A stretch of DNA of 37,320 bases, taken from positions 91,401,463 through 91,438,782 of the forward strand of contig NC_068989.1 in the NCBI RefSeq assembly GCF_001194135.2, given 5' to 3'. Source of the DNA: Octopus bimaculoides. Its lineage: Eukaryota. Below are positions 1-9,189 of the stretch, piece by piece. Below the pieces are notes generated by a model, which was not told the origin of the DNA, did not search any database, and worked only from the letters and a program-made list of their open reading frames with translations. The position numbers and the translations under genes were made by a program. Numbering within the stretch: position 1 is the stretch's first letter; each line of letters opens with the position of its first letter.

Positions 1-17
1 TATATATATATATATAT

Positions 18-212
18 TGGAGAATGTACGAAAAAACAACAACAGACGAGGACAGGTGGTGTAAATAACAAAAGGATGTATTAGTATGACGCTCGGGAAT
101 ACGGAAAGTCTTTGACGTTTCGAGCTACGCTCTTCAACAGAAAGAATACGGAGACAAGGAGAAAAACACGGAGAAAAAAAATTGTATAGTGTTCAGTCAA
201 CGGTCAATCATA
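18..212 (-). mobile_element. Penelope-like (PLE)-derived short repeat carrying the hammerhead motif
   Basis: Contains the GACGTTTCGAGC...CTCTTCAACAG hammerhead-type motif typical of PLE termini. Boundaries are approximate and no RT or GIY-YIG ORF is present. Confidence 0.4.
109..145 (-). ncRNA. Minimal type I hammerhead ribozyme-like fold (Penelope-associated type) with variant core CUGUUGA
   Basis: Minus strand reads UCUUU-CUGUUGA-A-GAGC(GUA)GCUC-GAAA-CG-UC-AAAGA. Stem I (UCUUU/AAAGA) is perfect, stem II (GAGC/GCUC) is perfect, and GAAA, a CG mini stem III and a GUC triplet are present. Core position 6 is U instead of the conserved A. Confidence 0.6.
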
Positions 213-229
213 ATAATGGCTGACCGAAT

Positions 230-290
230 GCATCTATGTGTATATATGTATATGTGTATATATGTATATGTGTATATATATATGTGTATG

Positions 291-331
<41 letters not shown>

Positions 332-393
332 ATATATAGATATGTACATGCACATATGTATATAGATATGCATGTATAAATATATATACACGC

Positions 394-428
<35 letters not shown>

Positions 429-432
429 CACT

Positions 433-468
<36 letters not shown>

Positions 469-470
469 GT
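230..470. repeat. Compound (TA)n/(TATG)n/(CA)n microsatellite
   Basis: Direct reading. It explains the YI/CV/HT ORFs at 197-649. Confidence 0.97.
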
Positions 471-855
471 GGAGGCGCAATGGCACAGTGTTTAGGGCAC
501 AGTGGACTCGTGGTCGTAAGATCGCAGTTTCCATTTCCAGACCGGGTGTTGTGAATGTTTATTGAGCAAAAACCCCTAAAGCTCCGTGAAGCTCTAGAAG
601 TGGGTGGTGGTGAACCATGCTGTACACTTTCATCACAACTTTCTCTCACTCTTTCTTCCTGTTTTTGCTGTACCTGTATTTCATTGGGCCAGCCTTGTCA
701 TACTTTGTGTCAAGCTTAATCTCCCAGAGAACTACGCTAAGGTGACAAGTGTCTGTGGAGTGCTCGGCCACATGCATGTTAATTTCACGACCAGGCTATT
801 CCGTTAATCAGATCAACTGGAGCCCATCTGTTCACAACCGATGGAATCCCACGAC
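471..855 (+). mobile_element. tRNA-derived SINE (octopus OR/OK-like, family A), older copy
   Basis: Head GGAGGCGCAATGGCACAGTGTTTAGGG with decayed A and B boxes. It aligns along its length with the reverse complement of 12447-12852. Confidence 0.85.
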
Positions 856-1242
856 GATATCTATAAATAGATGGATAAAAGAAGCCGAGAACTTAGTTGC
901 CAACTCAATAGAAAATATATACATATGTATGTATATAAATTCCGCAGATCTGAATATTAACGTCTTTCGAGAACCAGCTTTCCTTGCAGACAGAACATAA
1001 TTTGTTCTCAGAAATTGTAATACAACAGCGAGTAGCACATTTACGTTCAAGTCTGCCGGAATCTATTAATAATTTAATATTTTTAAATATGTATTCCATT
1101 TGGAAGGAAAGTTACCATCCAGGACTGAATACTTCGAGAATAGCACCTTGAGACTGGTAAGTGCCAAGCACGAAACCTTTGGCTTTGTGTCTGTAAATTT
1201 CAACTGATTAATTTCGTCTCGAAAGAAAAAAAATAACAATAA

Positions 1243-1616
1243 TAATCCTTTCTACTGGAAGCACAAGGCTTCAAATTTGTGGGGAGGGGGACTAGTCGAT
1301 TACACCGATACAAGTGTTCAGACGTGGGGAAACGGATGAAGTCGATTACATCGACCCCATTGCGCAAATGGTACTTAATTAATAGACCCCGAAAGAATGA
1401 GTGGCAAAGTCGACCTTGGCGGAATTTGAAATCAGAATGTAAAGACGGACGAAATACCGCTACGCATTTCGCCCGGTGTGCTAACGATTCTTATTTCGTT
1501 ATTGCCCACATAGAGGGGACAAACAAGGACAGATAAAGGGTTTAAGTCGATTACATCGACCCCAGTGTGTAACTGGTACTTAATTTATCGAAACCGAAAG
1601 GATGAATGGCAAAGTC
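1243..1616 (-). mobile_element. Two tandem Meta-domain-like tRNA-SINE pieces (family C) with different 3' tails
   Basis: The minus-strand motif GACTTTGCC-TTCAT-CTTTCGG...GAT-AATTAAGTACCA...GGGGTCGATGTAATCGAC occurs at ~1340-1420 and again at ~1544-1616. The GAATCGTTAGCAC head lies at ~1480-1490. Confidence 0.75.
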
Positions 1617-1659
1617 ACGCTGATGGCATGCATTACTCTCTCACTCAATAAAAATAATT

Positions 1660-1765
1660 TGATGATGGTGACAATGGTGGTTCTGGTGGTAGTGATGTTG
1701 TTGTTGTTGGTGGTGGTAGTGGTTTTGATGGTGGTGGCTGCGGCGGTTGTGGTGGTGGTGGTGAG
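1660..1765. repeat. Degenerate (GGT/GTT/GAT)n triplet repeat
   Basis: Direct reading. It gives the poly-V and poly-T ORFs. Confidence 0.9.
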
Positions 1766-2099
1766 AGATGGTAATGCTAGTGGAGTACGTAATAACATTA
1801 ATTGAAAAAAATAATTAAAAAAAAATAATTTACATCTATAAATATACTACAAAATATATATTTCAATTTAGTTTTTGTACTTCTCAGTTTGTTCTCGTCC
1901 TTCCACTCCCTCCACCCCCTAAACACAATGGCCCTGCCCATCTAACCCCCCCTCCTCTCTTTCATTCTCTGCTTCAAACACTTCCTATGCTTCTCTCTGC
2001 TATTATTCGTCAAGTCTTTTCATAAATATATGATTGAACAGGGGAGAACATACACACCTTCGCGATATGCATGCTCTCTTCTGGCGCACAACCCCAAAC

Positions 2100-2134
<35 letters not shown>

Positions 2135-2315
2135 TACACACAAGGACACAGACAAACACACAAACACACACGGACAAAAACGCACGCAAATGCATGCATA
2201 AAAGTGTGCGTGTATATAATATATGAACACACACATACTACACATACATACATATAATACATACACACACACACGTGTACATATGTATATATATATAGAC
2301 ACATATATATATATA

Positions 2316-2687
2316 NNNNNNNNNNNNNNNNNNNNNNNNNNNNNNNNNNNNNNNNNNNNNNNNNNNNNNNNNNNNNNNNNNNNNNNNNNNNNNNNNNNNN
2401 NNNNNNNNNNNNNNNNNNNNNNNNNNNNNNNNNNNNNNNNNNNNNNNNNNNNNNNNNNNNNNNNNNNNNNNNNNNNNNNNNNNNNNNNNNNNNNNNNNNN
2501 NNNNNNNNNNNNNNNNNNNNNNNNNNNNNNNNNNNNNNNNNNNNNNNNNNNNNNNNNNNNNNNNNNNNNNNNNNNNNNNNNNNNNNNNNNNNNNNNNNNN
2601 NNNNNNNNNNNNNNNNNNNNNNNNNNNNNNNNNNNNNNNNNNNNNNNNNNNNNNNNNNNNNNNNNNNNNNNNNNNNNNNNNNNNNNN
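2316..2687. other. Assembly gap (other large gaps at 15591-16108, 17425-17751, 23743-24273, 30211-31176)
   Basis: N-runs, mostly bounded by (TA)n or (AG)n repeats. Confidence 1.
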
Positions 2688-2720
<33 letters not shown>

Positions 2721-2817
2721 AGTGCCTGAATGCAAGAAATGAACTATTTACGTATATGTATGTATGGATTCATATATATATATAAATGTGTGTGAGTATG
2801 TATATATATATAGACAC

Positions 2818-2850
<33 letters not shown>

Positions 2851-2894
2851 CATATATGTGTGTGTGAGTGTGCATATGAGTATATATAGTTTAA

Positions 2895-2925
<31 letters not shown>

Positions 2926-3490
2926 AACAAACACATGTATTGAAACGCGTTTCATTATTTCAATATATAAATTCACACAAACTGCACACATGTACACACA
3001 CACGCACACACAAACACACGCATACACTCGTGCGCGCATATATATATATATACACAGCGTATACACACACGCACCCATACACTCATGCTGTGTCTTTATT
3101 CAATATCAATCACCGTCTCCCTCTCACTTAACATTTTATTTTCCCTTGTAATTAGAGGCAGTTTATTTTATTTTTAATTTCCTAATTAAAGACCTTCGTT
3201 ATACATCATAATTATCTCTATTTTTCTTTCAAAATTTTATTTCTAATTTTTTTTGTCTATCGTTTTTCCTTTGTTTGTGTTTAAATTTTTTTTTACACTC
3301 TAACATTCAACAGTGAAAAATTGTAAACAAAGAATTCGGAAATAAATAAATAAAATATGTAAAATAAATACATAAACAAATATATGGAGAGAGAAAGAAG
3401 GCAAAAAGTAAATAAATGAATATTGTTAATTTAATGTATAGATTTGATTCTGTCTGCGGCTGAATAGAGATCTGTAAAGATATACACAAG

Positions 3491-3541
<51 letters not shown>

Positions 3542-3714
3542 CACGCACGCACACACACTGACAAAAACATATTTATATATTAAACACATATACAAATTAA
3601 CTTTAGCATATTTACACGAGTACACGACTCAATGAGCAAAAAAAACATATGCACACATCTGTGAATGCGCGCGTGATTGTGTGTGTGAGTGTGTGTGTAT
3701 ATAGATATATATAT

Positions 3715-3753
<39 letters not shown>

Positions 3754-3803
3754 AATATATATATGTATATATATATTTATGTGTATGTATATANNNNNNN
3801 NNN

Positions 3804-3862
<59 letters not shown>

Positions 3863-3984
3863 TGTGTTTATGTGCATATATATATGTATGTATATATATG
3901 TGTACGCATACTTGTATGCCTGTATCTGCATACATTCATGTATGTGTGTGCGTGTATACAAATTGGCACATGCAAATATCTATC

Positions 3985-4042
<58 letters not shown>

Positions 4043-4268
4043 ATGATAGACACTTTCGTCTGAATTCAAAATCTGCCTCTATCACCCCACACTACCGCCA
4101 TCATCAGCGTCACTAACATCATCAGCACGGCCAGCATCCCCATCACCATCTCCTCTATCAGTGCAACTTGCAAAACCAACATCGACAGCAGCAACAAGAA
4201 CGACAACATGGAAAGAAAATTGCGAAACTGAAAAAAGTCCAGCGTAAACATCAATAATACATTAGCAA

Positions 4269-4457
4269 TGCAGGCGTGGTTGTAGCTGTGCGGTAAGAAG
4301 ATTCCTGATAAACCACACGGTTTGGAGTTCGGTTCCACTGCGTGGTACCATAGGCAAGTAGATTCTGCTGTTGCCTCGGGCTGACCAAAGCCAAGTGAGT
4401 GGATTTGGTGGACGGAAACTGAAAGAAACCCGACGAATACATGTGCATGTATATATG

Positions 4458-4508
<51 letters not shown>
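4269..4508 (+). mobile_element. Composite SINE (family B): tRNA/CORE-like head plus internal (CA)n
   Basis: Head GCAGGCGTGG...GCTGTGCGGTAAGAAG...GGTTCCACTGCGTGG...GACGGAAACTGAAAGAAACCCG, followed by a microsatellite. It is the same head as in the copies at 6997-7479 and 16583-16924. Confidence 0.8.
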
Positions 4509-4511
<3 letters not shown>

Positions 4512-4603
4512 AATTAAATAATGAGGGTAGAAATTGATATTAATCAATTAAAACGAGTGGCTTATCATATTATAAAAATCCGAAGATTAAAAATTATATT
4601 ATC

Positions 4604-4836
4604 TACAAATTAAGAGGAATGACCACTACATTGGATTCCTAATATGCTAAAGATAGGCGTTAAATCGCCTTACCACGAATTGTGTGTTCTCAACAAAATT
4701 TCAGTTTCAGCAAACACTAGAATGTAAAAATGTAAGCTGAAATTTTCTTGAGAACTCACTATTCGTGGTAAGGCGATCTAACGTCTATCTTTAGCATATA
4801 GGAATCCACTTTGGTGGTCATTCCTCTTAATTTGTA
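4604..4836. mobile_element. 233-bp foldback element / MITE with ~100-bp terminal inverted repeats
   Basis: Arms 4604-4704 and 4737-4836 are reverse complements with 8 mismatches and 1 indel by manual alignment, around a 32-nt spacer. The termini are TACAAATTAAGAGGAATGACCA...TGGTCATTCCTCTTAATTTGTA. Confidence 0.9.
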
Positions 4837-4881
4837 TGTAATATATATATACATATGTGTGTATGTGTATTTATGTAGATA

Positions 4882-5799
4882 TTGGGTCATCCCATAAATA
4901 ATGCGATTTTTTTAATACTTCTTTTATTTTTCAAAATTAATATAAACAAATTCTGTTTTAACCTAAATATGCTCTCCTTCATTTTCTACAATACTCGTCC
5001 AAATATCTGGTAGACTTGCAAGACTCCTCTTCCAAAAGTAACTTGTCCGTGACGAAAAATACTCTCCCTGTTCTGTATTCGTCTACAGAATTCATATATT
5101 TCCCGTGCAAGAGATTTTGAAGACTGCCGAATAACTGATAATGAGATGGGGAAATGTCAGGCGAATATGGCGGGCGGTGCATCGTTTCTCATTAAAAATT
5201 GCTCCAGCCTTAGGATTATCATTCTCGTTGTATGTGTCCAAGCATTGTCCTGATGGAAGAACATCTTTCCTCTTGAATCCAAAGATGGTCGTATTTCTTC
5301 TAGCGCGAACTTCAATAACTGGTTGAATATCCAAATCCAAGCTTTTCTACTGGTTCCTCAGCAGCTACGAAGGGATTTTGCTCCACCAGGGTTTTGCAGG
5401 ACTTCTTCGTGGAGCTCTACAGATCTTCCAGGACGAGGCTCGTCTTCTAGTCTGTAGTTTCTGGCTCGGAATTTCTGAAACCTCTATTGACACTCTTACG
5501 CTTATTGTAAGATCCCCATACACTGTATTAATATTCCTCGCACTTTTCGTTGCGTTCATGCCTTTATTGAACACATAAAGCAAAATATGCCGAATATGCT
5601 CCTTTGTTGCTTCCACCATAGATTTAAAAAAATAACTGCTAAAATCGAACTGCACTCATCAAAACGTGTACTAAGAATAAGTACAAAGCAAAATTACTAC
5701 CTGTTTTTAGAGCAAGTTGATGCAAGTGATTTACCTGTTCCTCACCGACTCTTAGTTCATGCAATAGAAAAAAATGTTGTTAATTATGGGATGACCCAA
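4882..5799 (-). mobile_element. Mariner (DD34D) internally deleted non-autonomous element, family M1
   Basis: The TIR TTGGGTCATCCCATAA is at both ends, with flanking TA at 4880-81 and 5800-01. The HTH start MVEATKEHIRHILLYVFNKG (ATG at 5619) and the C-terminal HQDNA...PPYSPDISPSHY are present. The segment with the first catalytic D is missing, with a junction near 5325. Confidence 0.92.
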
Positions 5800-5928
5800 T
5801 ACAGGCAAAAAGATAGATACAGATATATATATATATATATATATATATANNNNNNNNNNNNNNNNNNNNNNNNNNNNNNNNNNNNNNNNNNNNNNNNNNN
5901 NNNNNNNNNNNNNNNNNNNNNNNNNNNN

Positions 5929-5964
<36 letters not shown>

Positions 5965-5974
5965 TTGTGTGCTT

Positions 5975-6180
5975 TTGTTTGTCCTCTCTCCCCTAAAATC
6001 GCTTGACAACCGATGCTGGTGTGTTTACGTCCGCGTATCCAGCGGTTCGATTAAAGAGACCGATAGAATAAGTACTAGGCTTACACAGAATAAGTCCTGG
6101 GGACGATTTTATCGACTAAAGGCGGTGTTCCAGCGTGGCCGCAGTAAAATGACTGAAACAAATAAAAGAATAAAAGAATA
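5975..6180 (+). mobile_element. Composite SINE (family B) 3' tail
   Basis: GCTTGACAACCGATGCTGGTGTGTTTACGTCC...GATAGAATAAGTACTAGG...GACTGAAACAAATAAAAGAATAAAAGAATA. It is about 80% identical by eye to the reverse complement of 6997-7185. Confidence 0.85.
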
Positions 6181-6198
6181 TATATATGTATATATTTA

Positions 6199-6452
6199 TG
6201 TTCGGCCACATACAGTGAGAATGACATTCCAAAGTCTGGCGCAGCTTGAATGGGAAACGATGCCCCACCCGCCATATTCGCCTGACATTGCCTCATCTGA
6301 TTGCCTCTTCAAATTCATTTGGTCGGAAAAAATATGAATTCTGCAGACGAGGTCAGAACAATACTGGAGGACTAATTTTCGTCACGGACAAGTGAATTTT
6401 GGAAGAAGAGCATTTCGAGTCTACTAGATAGATGGAAGAGCATTCTAGAGAA
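6199..6452 (+). mobile_element. Mariner transposase 3' fragment (family M1), opposite orientation to 4882-5799
   Basis: Translation RPHTVRMTFQSLAQLEWETMPHPPYSPDIASSD. Nucleotides 6248-6290 match the reverse complement of ~5148-5190. Confidence 0.88.
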
Positions 6453-6590
6453 TATACGACGAGCTTGTTTCAGTTTCCGTCGAACGAATCCGCACACAGG
6501 AGCTATAATAGAAGACACATGCCCAAAGTTCCACGCAGTGGGACTTAATCCGGAACCGTGTGTTTGGAAAGTAAACTTCTTACTACACAA
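6453..6590 (-). mobile_element. Composite SINE (family B) head fragment
   Basis: The reverse complement gives TGTGTAGTAAGAAGTTTACTT...CCGGATTAAGTCCCACTGCGTGGAACTTTGGGCATGTGTCTTCTATTATAGC. Confidence 0.75.
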
Positions 6591-6996
6591 TCAAACTTAA
6601 AGAACAACAAGACAAAATGATTGCCAGAAACTACTTCTGTACTACTCTTTGTTTTGCATAATTCTGTATAACATTGGTAAGCATGGAATTTTTTCTTCTC
6701 AGATTGTTCGGAAAATATACAAGATAAGTAGAAACATAAAATTACTTCGATACATTTGGCATTCTCTTTAAGATATCAACATCGTATTATTTCCTCCATT
6801 TTCTTAGTGAATATAACGTAGATATTGTTTTTAATTTTGTCAGTGTCTCATCGAAATACTTACTATTACATGACAGCTGTTTCATATCCCTGTATTTTTA
6901 ATATATATGCGTTCTGAATATTCTCATATTAAACAAAAAAGAAAAACCATTTTCCTTGAAATTCCAACTGTATCTTATTCAAATACTCTTATATAT

Positions 6997-7232
6997 TCTT
7001 TTGTTCTTTTGTTCTTTTACTTGTTTCAGTCATTTGACTGCGACCATGTTGGAGCGCCGCCTTTAGTCGAACAAATCGACCACAGGACTTATTCTTTTGT
7101 AAGCTTAGTACTTAGTCTATCGTTCTGTATTGTCGAATCGCTAAGTTACAGGGACGTAAATGCACGAATATCGGTTGTCAAGCGATGGTGGTAGTGGGGA
7201 GACAAGCACAGATACACAAATATATACATATG

Positions 7233-7271
<39 letters not shown>

Positions 7272-7279
7272 ATACATAC

Positions 7280-7331
<52 letters not shown>

Positions 7332-7479
7332 CATACATACGACGTGCTTCTTTCAGTTTCTGTCTACCACATCGACTCATATGACTTTGGTCAGCCTGAG
7401 GCTATAGTAGAATCACTTGCCCGAGGCGCCACTGAACGCAGAACCATGCGATTGGGAAGCAAGCTTCTTACCACATAGC
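6997..7479 (-). mobile_element. Composite SINE (family B), complete: head, ~140-bp TA/TG/TATG microsatellite and tail
   Basis: Head at 7340-7479, microsatellite at ~7200-7338, and tail at 6997-7190 ending in AAAAGAAC-type repeats. Confidence 0.88.
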
Positions 7480-7512
7480 TTCTGTAAAAAAGAACAAAAA
7501 AAAAATGAAATA

Positions 7513-7845
7513 CTGGCACTCCATCGGTTACGACGACGTGGGTTCCAGTTAGTCCGATCAACGGATCAGCCTGTGTCGGGAAATTAATGTTCAAGTGGCC
7601 GAGCACTCCACACAGACATGTGTACCCTTAACGTAGATCCCAGGGAGATTCAGCATGATACACACTATGACGAACTGGCCCCTTTTGAATTACAGGAACG
7701 ACTCACGTTTGCCAGCTGAGTGGACAAGAGAAACTTGAAATAAAAATACCCTACATTCATCAAAGACTGAACGCGCCGCCAGGAATCGAGCTCGCGACCT
7801 TATGAGCGTGAGCCGCAAACCCTAGCCACTAAGCCAAGCAACTTC
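7513..7845 (-). mobile_element. tRNA-derived SINE with CORE-like middle (family D), sharing its 3' tail with family A
   Basis: tRNA head GCTTGGCTTAGTGGCTAGGG...GAGCTCGATTCC. The tail ...AAGGGTACACATGTCTGTGTGGAGTGCTCGGCCACTTG...GATCGGACTAACTGGAACC...GGAGTGCCA is homologous to the tails of 471-855 and 12447-12852. Confidence 0.8.
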
Positions 7846-7864
7846 AGCAAATATTCTTATATAG

Positions 7865-8783
7865 ATGCAGGCATGGCTATGTGGTGAAGAAGCTCGATTT
7901 GCTGACACGCGGTTTCGATTTCAGTGTGCGGCATCTTGGGTAAATGATTTCTACAGTAGCCCTGGGATAAATCCGCCCCCGATTAGTCAACAGAAGAGGG
8001 CCAATCATTCTTCATGATAATGTTCGACTAATGACACTCCAGAAGTTAAGAGAACTTTGATACGAAATTCTTCCCCATCAGCTTATTGCCCTGACATTTC
8101 TCCTACTGACTACCACTTTTCCAAGCAGCTTGATGGTTTCCTGCGAGAGAAAGAGTTCAAGAATCAAACCGATGCTGAAAATGCGTTCAAAGAGTTCATC
8201 AGCTCCAGAACTCCACATTTTTAGGTTATCGGAATAAACAAACTTGTAACTCGTTGACAAAAATGTGTTGATTGCAATGTTACTTACTTTGATGAATAAA
8301 ATTTCCACATTGTTGAAATATATTTTGATGAATTTTAAGTTTCAAAATGTTGCTTACTTTTTAATCAGCCTGATGTATTGTAAATGAATGTTGCTGACAG
8401 GAGGTGTGAAAGCCCGTCATATACACACATACATACATACATACATACATACATACATACATACGTACGTACATACATACATACATACATACGTACGTAC
8501 ATACATACATACGTACGTACGTACATACATACATACGTACATACATGTGTATGTGTTTGAGTGTCTGTTTGTTTTTTGAGGGTTTTCCTCCACCGCCGCT
8601 TTGAAAACCGGTGTTCGTTTGTCGACGTCACCTTAAGGTAGCAATTCGGCTCCAGACACCGATAAAATAGGTACTAGACTTCAAAATAAGTACTGGGGTC
8701 GATCTGTTCGATTAAAGCCCGATAAGGCTCTGTCCCAGTTTGGTCGCAGTTCAATGACTGAAACACGATAGAAAATAGGAGAT
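7865..8783 (+). mobile_element. Composite SINE (family B) interrupted by a mariner fragment
   Basis: Head at 7865-7966. The head end (GAAAGCCCGTCATATA) resumes at ~8408, followed by a TACA/TACG microsatellite at 8420-8545 and a tail at 8570-8783. Confidence 0.7.
7977..8373 (+). mobile_element. Mariner (DD34D) 3' fragment, family M2
   Basis: Translation PRLVNRRGPIILHDNVR...PDISPTDYHFSKQLDGFLREKEFKNQTDAENAFKEFISSR...GINKLVTR*QKCVDCN, with the TIR end CTTACTTTTTAATCAGCCTGA. It is homologous to 31217-31620. Confidence 0.88.
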
Positions 8784-8913
8784 ATTTCGCTCTTTACTCA
8801 ATTGCATTTAACAAACTTCTAATGCATTACTAGTAACTGGATACATCTAGAATCCTCCCCCAACCGCCAGCATCAACCCTCCTCTTCCTCCTCCTCATCA
8901 TATTCCTGTAAAT

Positions 8914-9151
8914 CAGTGCTTCCAAAACGGGGTCCATATGACCTTTGGGGGTCCGTATAAGATTTCTTGCCTAAAATTTATGTGCAATAAGTTACTTCGA
9001 ATATCTTAATTTATTTTTCTGCATTTCCTTACAACATTTAATTCTGAAAATATAATGGTATCTTATTAAGGATCCAATGACTACGGGGGTCCACTCGAAT
9101 AAAATAGTAACCAAAGATGTTCGTAGGCAAAATAATGATTAAGAACGTCTG
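8914..9151. mobile_element. hAT/Charlie-like MITE, decayed
   Basis: Termini CAGTGCTTCCAAAAC...GATTAAGAACGTCTG resemble hAT-Charlie ends, with internal GGGGTCC motifs. The 8-bp flanks CTGTAAAT and ATCTAAAC match at 5 of 8 positions, consistent with a decayed TSD. Confidence 0.55.
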
Positions 9152-9189
9152 ATCTAAACTAGTGTTTCGTCGCTATTGTTGTATAAAAC

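Noticed and set aside
197-649. Many 60-470 aa ORFs rich in YI/CV/HT/RE/X here and throughout the window
   Set aside because: They are translations of dinucleotide and tetranucleotide microsatellites or N gaps, which lack stops in some frames. They have no protein-like content.
1100-1163. Perfect GTAAGT donor at ~1157 with a short upstream reading (TEYFENSTLRL)
   Set aside because: There is no convincing pyrimidine tract or acceptor and no recognisable homology, so it is expected by chance.
4066-4260. T/I/S/N-rich reading resembling a mucin-like or low-complexity exon
   Set aside because: It looks like a decayed (CAN)n triplet repeat, with no splice signals or domain.
8870-8910. Minus-strand TTTACAG followed by EYDEEEEEEG*, resembling an acidic protein C-terminus
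   Set aside because: It is a short GAG/GAA low-complexity run, and the supposed acceptor abuts the hAT-like MITE end. No upstream exons were found.
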